Positions 1 to 7,795 of a DNA stretch of 17,398 bases are shown piece after piece; positions within the stretch are counted from its first letter, which is position 1; every line of letters begins with the position of its first letter. The notes beneath the pieces are model-generated. The model searched no databases and had not been told where the DNA came from. It was given only the letters and a program-made list of their open reading frames with translations. Made by a program: the position numbers and the translations under genes. The stretch is from positions 1 to 17,398 of the forward strand of contig NW_021824815.1 of NCBI RefSeq assembly GCF_006345805.1. The letters run 5' to 3'. This stretch comes from Octopus sinensis (lineage: Eukaryota).

Positions 1-121
1 CTTAGGCCGATACTTATAGCGTAGCTTGTAGGAGGGGAGCAATATTCCAGCCAAGAACTGGGTTGTATCTATATGAGTGTGTTTTTGTGTTCGTTTCCCA
101 CTACCGCTTAACAGCGTTGAT

Positions 122-370
122 ATTTCCATTATTTACATTTGATGGATGTTTGCCCTCATCTTGTTTAACACGACGTTTCGGCTGATATACCCTTCAGCCT
201 TCACCAGGTGTCTTGGAGAAATTTCGAACATGGGTTCTCATTCCTAAGGTATTTTTCGATGTTATTATTATTACTCAGGTCACTGGCTGGAATCGAACTC
301 GGATATTTGAGGACAAATATCCGTAAAATGTAAATAATGTACATAATTCCTCATCTCTTAAATATAGAAA
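122..370 (-). mobile_element. Hammerhead-bearing SINE/Penelope-like non-autonomous element, copy 1, 5'-truncated with inverted tail
   Basis: On the minus strand: B-box GAGTTCGATTCC (~288-300), body, hammerhead fold (167-212), then tail ending GTAAATAATGG (~125). An inverted copy of the tail (GAGGACAAATATCCGTAAAATGTAAATAATG...CTCTTAAATATAG) lies on + at ~307-370. Homologous to 4720-4868. Confidence 0.75.
167..212 (-). ncRNA. Minimal type I hammerhead ribozyme motif with a core substitution (CUGGUGA instead of CUGAUGA)
   Basis: Minus strand reads GACAC-CTGGTGA-A-GGCTGA-AGGGTATA-TCAGCC-GAA-ACGT-C-GTGTT. Stem I is GACAC/GTGTT, stem II a perfect 6-bp GGCTGA/TCAGCC, stem III a palindromic ACGT, and the cleavage triplet is GUC. 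Confidence 0.75.
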
Positions 371-882
371 GGTATTGGTATATTTATGGCCCCGTAACGT
401 AATGGTTCGACAAAAGCGAACGATAGAATAAGTACTAGGCTTAAAAACTAAGTAGGGGTCGATTTGTTAATCTAAAACCCCTTCAAGAAGGTACTCCAGA
501 ATGACCGCAGTCAAATAACTGAAACCAATTATTAAATACATAATTGTGAAAATAATTGTGGGAGAGAGATGAGAGCAAGCTGGATGTAGAGATGTTTATT
601 ATAAATTATATTTATATTTTGTATGATATCGTTCGCCATATTCTCGAGATGGATGGAACCGACAGAACATCGGACGAAATGCCTTGCCTTTTTCAGCTAC
701 GTTTCGTTACGTTCTCGGTTCAAATCCGCCCGAGGTCGCGCTGGCCTTTTTATCCGAGTTCTGTAAAACATTCTAATCACGACCTGGGTCGTCATGACCG
801 AATATACATACATCACCCAATCCCCTCTTTAAAAAAAAAATGCCTGGCATGTGATTTTTAGAAATGATTATTTACCATTATT

Positions 883-905
883 GTGTGTGTGTGTGTGTGT
901 GTGTG
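883..905. repeat. (GT)n microsatellite
   Basis: Direct reading of the sequence. Confidence 0.95.
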
Positions 906-974
906 CTTAATGGAAAATATTGCGTGTTTCAAACTAGTTTTCTTGAAAAACTCGTAAAAGAACAGAATTAACTA

Positions 975-1490
975 CAAATTTTATTACTACCACACCCGTT
1001 ACGACCACCACTACTAACACCACTACCTCTCCAGCTATTGCAACTGCGGTTCCAACTAGTGTTAGCGCAACACTTACTACTACCACTACTATTAATACTG
1101 CTGCTACGACTACTATTTCAAGTACTATCACCGAAACCATAGTTATTACCACTATTATTATAATTAACACTACTACTATAGGTACCACTATAACTACCAT
1201 AACCACCACCATAAACATCACCACTACAACCATCACCATTATCACCACCACTAGCATCACCACGACCATCACCACTACCGCCGCCACTGCTACTACTACC
1301 GCCACCACCACCACTACTAACCGCCGCCACCACCGCTACCACCACCACCGCCACCATCACTATCGCCACCACTATCACCGCCACCATTACCACTTCCACC
1401 GCCACACCCACCACTGTCACCACCGCCATTATTTCAACTACTACTACTACTACTACTGCACCAACCAACCGGCAAACCGAACCACATCCA
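975..1490. repeat. Degenerate trinucleotide low-complexity tract (ACT/ACC/ATC/GCC)n
   Basis: Continuous period-3 repeats such as ACTACTACT and ACCACCACC. They explain the Val-rich and Gly-rich minus-strand ORFs. Confidence 0.9.
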
Positions 1491-1823
1491 TTAATCACGT
1501 GAACAATTCTTAACGGATGATTTATCCATTTTTAAACGGCTTAAGAACAAATCTTTTACATTTTTCGTTTAAGAAAATCGTGGTTTGGTCGATATATGAC
1601 TAAGTCACGCGAGAATTTACCGTGAACGTCTATATAGACACACACACACACAGACAGACAGACTGATTGATTGATTAGTTTTGGGGGTTGTTTGTTTTGT
1701 TTGTTTCTTGTCTCCATCAAAAGGTGGCGGTGGAAGTGGAGGCGGCGACTGAATGTCAATATTAAGATTTCGAAAGAAAGAACGGTTTGGGGTTTTTTTT
1801 CTGTTTTTTTTAGTAATTTTTTG

Positions 1824-2760
1824 TCTTTTGTTTCAGTCATTATACTGCGGCTATCCTGGGGGGCACCTCCTTGAAGAACTCTAATCGAATGAATCGATTC
1901 CACTGTTTTTTATTCTTTTTTTTTTTTTTTTAATCAAAGCCTGGTACTTACTCGATCGATCTCTTTCTGCCGAACCACTAACTTGCGAAAACACATCAAC
2001 ACCGTCAAGCAGTGGCAGGTGGGGGGTGAACACACGCACACATACACACACACACGCACACATACACACGCACACATACACACGCACTCACACACATACA
2101 CACACACACATACACACGCACATACACACGCACTCACGCACATACACACGCACTCACGCACATACACACGCACTCACGCACATACACACGCACTCACGCA
2201 CATACACACGCACTCACGCACATACACACGCACTCACGCACATACACACGCACTCACGCACATACACACGCACTCACGCACATGCACACGCACTCACGCA
2301 CATGCACACGCACTCACGCACATGCACACGCACTCACGCACATGCACACGCACTCACGCACATGCACACGCACTCACGCACATGCACACGCACTCACGCA
2401 CATACACACGCACATACACACGCACTCACACACATACACACGCACTCACGCACATGCACACGCACTCACGCACATGCAACACGCACTCACGCACATGCAC
2501 ACGCACTCACGCACATGCACACGCACTCACGCACATGCACACGCACTCACGCACATACACACACGCACTCACGCACATGCACACGCACGCACACACGCAC
2601 GCACACGCATGCATACACGTGCGCGCATACACGACGAGCTTCTTTCTGTTTCCGTCTACCAAAAAGCCACTCGCAAGGCTTTGGTCAGCCCGATGCTAGA
2701 GAACTTGTCTAAAGTTCCACGCAGCACCATGTGGTTTTTATAGGATGCGGGGTCACGGCA
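1824..2760 (-). mobile_element. SINE family B with its internal microsatellite expanded into a ~600-bp minisatellite
   Basis: Tail (TTTCAGTCATTATACTGCGGC...GCCGAACC) at 1824-2030 and head part (TTCCGTCTACCAAA...CAAGGCTTTGGTCAGCCCG) at 2635-2760 flank the repeat in the same order as in copy 16135-16485. Confidence 0.8.
2030..2630. repeat. 20-bp minisatellite CATACACACGCACTCACGCA / CATGCACACGCACTCACGCA embedded in (CA)n
   Basis: 8 exact CATA-type units at 2121-2280, then 6 exact CATG-type units at 2281-2400, with degenerate flanks. Confidence 0.95.
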
Positions 2761-2761
2761 A

Positions 2762-2880
2762 TTACATCGACCCCACCCTCACCCCCATCTTCCATCCAAC
2801 CCCCTACGCTTGGTAGGTACTTTATTGTATCGACTCTCGAAACGACAAAAGACAAAGTTGATTTCCAAGCTTTGAGATTT
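2762..2880 (-). mobile_element. Degenerate SINE family A fragment
   Basis: GGTACTTTATTGTATCGACTCTCGAAACGACAAAAGACAAAGTTGA resembles GGTACTTAATTTATCGACCCCGAAAGGATGAAAGGCAAAGTCGA at 13171-13214. Confidence 0.55.
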
Positions 2881-3052
2881 TCATAAAATTCTTTCATTAT
2901 AATAATCTTTCATTTCGTTCCGCAGTTAACCTCTAAACATACACCTTTTTTTTTTTTTTCAATTTCCATGCGAAAAATATATTTTTCTTTTGAATCTATA
3001 TATAAGGAAGAATAAGTACGCAAATTATTTTGGATTGGTTATGATTTATTTT

Positions 3053-3705
3053 AAGTTACTGATAGAAATGATAGAAAACGGGAATAACATGATGAACGGA
3101 GTATTTCGGTTTAGAAATAAGTGGCATCCAACGAAAATGCAAATATATGGGAAACTACCACCTGTGTCATCTCTTGTGAAAGGTAGGAGAGTCCAGTTTG
3201 CTGGACATTGTTGTAGAGCTGAAAAAGAAGTAATTTCTACTCTTCTCCTCTGGAAGCCATCTACTCGCAATACCAGAGGGAGCACCCTCTCCTACCCTGA
3301 TGTAATCTCCAGGGATACAGGCATCCAGCAACAGGACCTCCGTAATGCCATGATGAACCGTGAAGTCTGGCGTAGCATGGTAAATTCCATTGTCTCGACC
3401 ACGGTCGAACAATGATGATGAGTATAGTGAACGTATATTTTCATTCAAATTTGAAGGAAAATATATGGAATAATACGTTAAGGGGTTAATCATGTCTTGG
3501 TTTTGCCAAAGTGCTTAACTGAAGTATGAAGTTACAGATAGTTAATGAGAGAAAACTGGAATAACATTATGAACGAACTATTTCGGGTAAGAAATAATTG
3601 ACATTTACCTTAGAATACAGTGAACGTATATTTTCGTTCAAATATATATTTACTAGACGTCTCGGAACGAAAGTACATGAAATGATACGTTTAGGGGTTA
3701 AGTAT
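3053..3705 (+). repeat. Diverged tandem duplication of a ~175-bp unit; the first copy is interrupted by a LINE fragment
   Basis: 3053-3124 aligns with 3529-3600 (AAGTTACWGATAG...GAAAACKGGAATAACAT...GAAATAA). 3424-3495 aligns with 3619-3705 (AGTGAACGTATATTTTCRTTCAAAT...TACGTTWAGGGGTTAA). Confidence 0.8.
3120..3422 (+). mobile_element. 5'-truncated RTE-type LINE, ORF2 C-terminus and 3' tail
   Basis: Open frame HPTKMQIYGKLPPVSSLVKGRRVQFAGHCCR...LLLWKP...DTG...AMMNREVWR has the RR..FAGH..R / W.P / A..R..WR pattern of RTE-clade ORF2 ends. The stop at 3413-3415 runs into a (TGA)n tail. Confidence 0.85.
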
Positions 3706-3707
3706 GT

Positions 3708-3932
3708 TTAACCCTTTAGCGTTTAAACTAGCCTTGTCTAGCCAAAGTATTCTTCAGGTTTTATGTCTAAACCATTCAGATTTTGCCTCTCATACCTACC
3801 CTGTAATGTCATTGTAAAAATAAACAATCACGTCATCGAAATCTCGAAATCACAAGCTAATTCATGATCGATGCAAAACAATGTAAATAAATTTTACAAA
3901 TGGTACAGTAAACCGAATGCTGCAGGCCTAAC
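3708..3932. mobile_element. piggyBac-like MITE, right end degenerate
   Basis: Begins TTAACCCTTTAGCGTTT (TTAA target plus CCCT terminus). Ends about 220 nt later in GAATGCTGCAGGCCTAA, a decayed inverse of the left end. Confidence 0.55.
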
Positions 3933-4070
3933 ACTTAAGAAGCAATCTACCAGAATATTCTAATTTGTTCTTTTACATAATCACAAAGATTCTAATTGTT
4001 GGGAAAGGTGAAACGGTTAACTATGTCTATACCATTACATGGCTGTTGGTTATTTTAGCGACCCCTAAAT

Positions 4071-4261
4071 GGATGTGAGTTCAAATTTAACTCTGGCGCG
4101 GTTAGAAGTTGGATGTAAGTTCAAATTTAACTCTGGCGTGGTTAGAAGTTGGATGCAAGTTCAAATTTAACTTTGGCGTGGTTAGACGTTGTAAGTTCAA
4201 ATTTAACTCTGGCGTGGTTAGAAGTTGGATGTAAGTTCAAATTTAACTCTGGCGTGATTAG
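4071..4261. repeat. 40-bp minisatellite, about 5 copies (GGATGTAAGTTCAAATTTAACTCTGGCGTGGTTAGAAGTT)
   Basis: Units start at 4071, 4111, 4151, 4191 (4-nt deletion) and 4227. They are head-to-tail with no spacers. Confidence 0.95.
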
Positions 4262-4450
4262 TACTCGGTACGTGAAGAGTCGTAACTAAATCCTAGAATT
4301 TATTTTGCTCAACATTCGAGAAATTCTAACAAACGTTGCTTCTCATGTATATTATACTTCCTCTTTTGTCCTGTGTCAGAAGTGAACGTCATATTTTTCT
4401 TTTCTTTTTGATCGAGATATTTTCGGTTTCACTTATTTCCTCCGAATTAC

Positions 4451-4622
4451 TCTTTTATCCTTTTACTTGTTTCAATCATTGGACCTCTGCCGCGTGGGGG
4501 AACCGCCTTGAAGGGCTTTGGAAGAAACCATTTGCTCAAGATACTCCTCACACAATGGGGCTGAACCCTAAACCACTAGGCAACAAAGCGAGCTTCTTTA
4601 CCACACAGCAACGGCTGCGCCT
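4451..4622 (-). mobile_element. SINE family B, internally deleted
   Basis: Tail TTTTACTTGTTTCAATCATTGG...CCGCCTTGAAG is joined directly to head GGGCTGAACCC...TTACCACACAGC. Confidence 0.65.
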
Positions 4623-4719
4623 ACTGAAAATATTCTGTATACATTTAGTTCTTCATGCCAATTACTAAAACCACAACCATTTTTTTAAAGAGAAATCAAG
4701 TTAAACCTTTTTAAAGATA

Positions 4720-4868
4720 CAGTTCTTATATTTAAGAGATGAGGAATTTTGTACATTATATACATTTGACGGATATTTCATGAAGGTTGGAGGCTATATC
4801 AGCCGAAACGTTGTGTTAACAACAAACGAGGACAACTGTCCGTCAATTGCAAATAATGTAAATAATGC
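4720..4868 (+). mobile_element. Hammerhead-bearing element, copy 2, 5'-truncated with inverted tail and 11-bp TSD
   Basis: Inverted tail 4720-4778, then ATGA-A-GGTTGG-AGGCTATA-TCAGCC-GAA-ACGT-T-GTGTT (4780-4817) and tail to 4868. TTTTAAAGATA occurs at both 4709-4719 and 4869-4879. Confidence 0.8.
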
Positions 4869-4964
4869 TTTTAAAGATAGTCTTCTTTTTTAACCAATCG
4901 AATCTATCCATTCTCGATATTCAGCCAACAGGTGAAGCTGTTTGTATATGTTCCCATATTAGAC

Positions 4965-5210
4965 TCGGGTATGGCTGAGCGGTTAAGAACTTGTGAGTGA
5001 ATTTGATAGATAAAAACTGTATGGAAGCCCGTCATATGACAACCGGTGTTTATTTATGTTCTCCTAACTTAGCAGTTCAGCAAAAGTGATTTGTAGAATA
5101 TGGACCAAACTTTTAGAATAAGTACTGGGGTCGATTGTTTTTTCAACTAAAACTCTTTAAGGTCGTACTCCAGTATGGTCATAACTCAGTGACTGAAACG
5201 AGTAAAAACT
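4965..5210 (+). mobile_element. SINE family B, internally deleted
   Basis: A-box-like TGGCTGAGCGG head, then GAAGCCCGTC, TAACTTAGCAGTTCAGCAAAAG, AGAATAAGTACTGGGGTCGATT and GACTGAAACGAGTAAAA. Confidence 0.7.
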
Positions 5211-5788
5211 AGCAACTTACTGAAACTATTTTAGTAGGTTTAGAATTTAAAGGGTTCAGGGTTCGATTCTTGAGTGCATCGCAAAATTTCATTGCAAGCG
5301 TTATTTTCCTCCATTAAATATTTTCCTCCATTAAATATTTTCGTATATAATGGTTTTATAACATTTTTCTTAATTTCTCAAATTACGTTTTTGCAATTTT
5401 GGAAGTCTCCTGTTAAAAACGAAACAAAAAAGATGAGTGGAGGAAAGCACAATGCCGCATTTTATAATACTGTCACAGCGTTCAGTGAAAGAATGGTTCT
5501 GGGTGGCTAAAATTACAAAAGAAAATATTTTAAGTTTTGTAACATTTTGTATAAATTTCTCAATAAGTGATTATGATTTTAGCAATTGGCATGCAAAAAT
5601 ATACATTAGTGTAGAAATTTTCGATAATGTCGGAGGAAATGTGTCGAACAAAAATAATCCTTTATATGTCTTAGAAGGACGAAGGCCATCACCCTCGGTT
5701 CTTTTTCGGGATCTCTGAGATTGATAGACGTGAGGGTAGTAAAATAGCTACAACACTGAATTCCCACTACCAGGCCCCTGTTTTCCAG

Positions 5789-5803
5789 GTGCCGCTGAGC
5801 CGG
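5789..5803 (+). other. Candidate 15-nt microexon (unverified)
   Basis: CCCCTGTTTTCCAG|GTGCCGCTGAGCCGG|GTAAGG gives a good acceptor and a strong donor. It is open in the phase required by the 6237 exon. It may be chance. Confidence 0.25.
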
Positions 5804-5984
5804 GTAAGGAATTAAGTCCATTACCCAGGAGCAGAAACGGTTGCCTTTCCCCCTTGACATGTTCCTCTCTTTACCAAATTTTGCAGACAAGTTTTCTGTT
5901 TCACTACAAGAGGTTATGGTAGAAGTCCCACATCTCACTGTATATTCCACATAACACCTGAAATTTAGCGGGAAGGTGGTTAAA

Positions 5985-6100
5985 TTGATCCTCGAGCTTA
6001 CCAGCCTCGGAGGGATAAAAGGTAAAGTTTACCTCGGCGGCATTTGAACCCAAAATATAAAGAACCGGAAGAAACACCACATGGCATTTTGTTGGACGCT
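5985..6100 (-). mobile_element. Degenerate SINE family A fragment
   Basis: GGATAAAAGGTAAAGTTTACCTCGGCGGCATTTGAACCC resembles GGATGAAAGGCAAAGTCGACCTCGGCGGAATTTGAACTC at 13196-13234. Confidence 0.65.
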
Positions 6101-6236
6101 CTAAGTTGTTAGTTCTTGTACACGATCATTGAGAAGATTGGGTGTACTCCACCCGTTTGACCTGCCCTTCACAGTAAAATGTAAAAACACTTAAAGGTTA
6201 CCCGTTTTCATTTCATTTATTTCTTTTATTTCCCAG

Positions 6237-6517
6237 ATTGTTCGTGTTGCTGCTATTGCTGGTTACTTATTTCCATATTTACCATAGTCTCTGTGAATGC
6301 TCAAGTGGCCCCACATAGTGTGAAACTCAACTGTACAACAAATAATGGTTCCACAAGAAATTCGGGGCAACTTGCCATTGGGGCGGCCTTTCCTCTTTAT
6401 GCCGAATTGAGATGTAAAAATGGCCTATTCACAAACAGTTCTGTAGAAGATTCGGCTTTTATCACCTTCCATTTCATACACGGAGTTGAAAGTGTGAAGC
6501 GGGGATCGAACGCTGGC
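6237..6517 (+). CDS. Internal coding exon: signal peptide plus start of a putative class C GPCR-like / Venus-flytrap ectodomain (alternative 3' end at 6538)
   Basis: Strong acceptor TTTCTTTTATTTCCCAG|AT. Open frame CSCCCYCWLLISIFTIVSVNA-QVAPH...SGQLAIGAAFPLY...FITFHFIHGVESVKRGSNAG contains a hydrophobic h-region, a V-x-A cleavage site and sequons NCT, NGS, NSS. Phase-0 donors GGC|GTATGT (6518) and GCG|GTACGT (6539). GQLAIGAAFPLY resembles the GD(I/L)xIGGLFPVH start of class C receptors. Product call is inference. Confidence 0.7.
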
Positions 6518-6571
6518 GTATGTATAATGGAAAAAGCGGTACGTAGAACTTACAATATCTTTTGAGGTTTA

Positions 6572-6786
6572 TTTTTTACTAGTTTCGGTCATCCTATTGC
6601 AGCCATGCTGGGGCACAGCCTTGAAAGATTTAGTCAAACAGATCAGTCCAAGTACCTTGTTTTTTAAGTCTGGTACTTATTTTATCACTCTTTTTGCGAA
6701 CCGCTAAGTTACGGGGATGTAAACAAACCAACACCAATTGTCAAACATTAAGGTGCGGAACAAACAGATGACACACACATACACAC

Positions 6787-6817
<31 letters not shown>

Positions 6818-7035
6818 TGTATGCATGCATGTATGCATGTATGCATGTATGCATGTATGCATGCATGTATGTATGCATGTATGTATGTATGTATGTATGT
6901 TTTCACATACTTTCCGTCTCCCAAATTCACAAGGTATTGGTTGATCGGTAGCTATTATAAAAGGCACTTGCCCAGTGCTGCGATGTGGGACCGAACCTCG
7001 TGGTTGCATTTCGTACTTAACCACAAAGCCATACC
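6572..7035 (-). mobile_element. SINE family B, near full length, with internal (TATG/TGCA)n tract (6781-6900)
   Basis: Tail GTTTCGGTCA...GCCATGCTGGGGCAC...GAACCGCTAAGTTACGGGG, then microsatellite, then TTTCCGTCT...GCACTTGCCCA...GGGACCGAACC...ACCACAAAGCCA head. Confidence 0.85.
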
Positions 7036-7044
7036 GGCGCCTAA

Positions 7045-7175
7045 GGCGTGGCTTGAAGGAAATTCAGTTTCTGCTTAATTCCCACTGCTGGTTCAGTCCT
7101 ACTCTGCGACAAAGTGTCTTCTATTATAACATAAGGCCGACCAATGCCTTGAGATAATTTGATCAACGGAAACTG
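7045..7175 (+). mobile_element. SINE family B head half, head-to-head with the preceding copy
   Basis: GGTTCAGTCC B-box, AAGTGTCTTCTATTATA, GGCCGACCAATGCCTTG and ACGGAAACTG, running into a microsatellite. Confidence 0.7.
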
Positions 7176-7184
7176 CGTGCGTGC

Positions 7185-7233
<49 letters not shown>

Positions 7234-7314
7234 TGCGTGCGTGCGTTCGTGCGCGCGTGCGTGCGTGCGCGCGTGCGTGCGTGCGCGCGTGCGTGCGTGC
7301 GCGCGTGCGCGCGC
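7174..7314. repeat. (GT)n/(GCGT)n/(GC)n alternating purine-pyrimidine tract
   Basis: Direct reading of the sequence. Confidence 0.95.
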
Positions 7315-7394
7315 CTGTTTTTCTCTTCCTGCTTGACAACTACGTACCTCTGACTTAACAGTTCAAAAAAAGTTGACGATACAATATATATACT

Positions 7395-7680
7395 GGAACT
7401 CCGTCGATCACGACGACGTGGATTCCAGTTGATCCGGATCATTGGAAGCGGCTGCTCATGAAAATAACCTACAAGTGGCTGAGTAATCCACGGACACGCG
7501 TATCCTTAATGTAGTTCTCAGAGAGGTTCGGTGTGACACAGAATGAGACAAGGCTGGCTCTTCTGAATTACAAATACAACTCCTTTTTTGCCAGCCGAGT
7601 GGGCGGAGTAGTATGTAATAAAGTGTCTTGATCAAGGACACAACGCGCTGCCGGGAATCGAACTCACGACCTTGCGAACA
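7395..7680 (-). mobile_element. tRNA-headed SINE family C, 5' end clipped
   Basis: Minus strand reads GTGAGTTCGATTCCC (B-box), then GCGTTGTGTCCTTGATCAAGACACTTT, a CCTTGRNCAAG-type motif typical of tRNA-derived SINE cores. Confidence 0.7.
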
Positions 7681-7795
7681 TTTTGGCAATGAAATACGTT
7701 TTGAGATTCATTTGATAGATTAACGCTTCGAAGCGGTGCCCCAGCATGGCCTCAGTCCAATGATTCAAACAATTTAAGCGATATTGTTGTGTTTC

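Larger units (their letters stand above)
26..525 (+). mobile_element. SINE family B, 3' half, split by insertion of the hammerhead element (pieces ~26-121 and ~371-525)
   Basis: The right piece has GATAGAATAAGTAC...GGGGTCGATTTG...CCAGAATGACCGCAGTC, matching the tail of the fuller copy at 8270-8620. The left piece CCCACTACCGCTTAACAG resembles the segment that precedes it in other copies. Confidence 0.7.

Noticed and set aside
934-1498. Val-rich and Gly-rich minus-strand ORFs (126 aa each)
   Set aside because: They are translations of a degenerate trinucleotide tract, with no splice signals or domain content.
1881-2743. Long His/Thr/Ala-rich ORFs (up to 238 aa) and Val/Cys-rich antisense ORFs
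   Set aside because: They are stop-free only because of the CA-based minisatellite inside a SINE.
4071-4261. Regularly spaced repeats resembling a CRISPR array
   Set aside because: Units are head-to-tail with no unique spacers, there are no cas genes, and the context is eukaryotic.
5295-5470. 17-bp direct repeat (TTTTCCTCCATTAAATA twice) and a weak inverted match to TGGAGGAAAG at ~5428
   Set aside because: Too short and degenerate to call a MITE or a regulatory element.
5437-5950. ORFs of 93 aa (+) and 114 aa (-), and ATG-initiated frames near 5630 and 5860 as a possible first exon
   Set aside because: No recognisable motif, and no ATG frame reaches a phase-1 donor compatible with exon 6237.
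6704-7442. MYVC/HTYI/ARTH-rich ORFs
   Set aside because: These are microsatellite translations.
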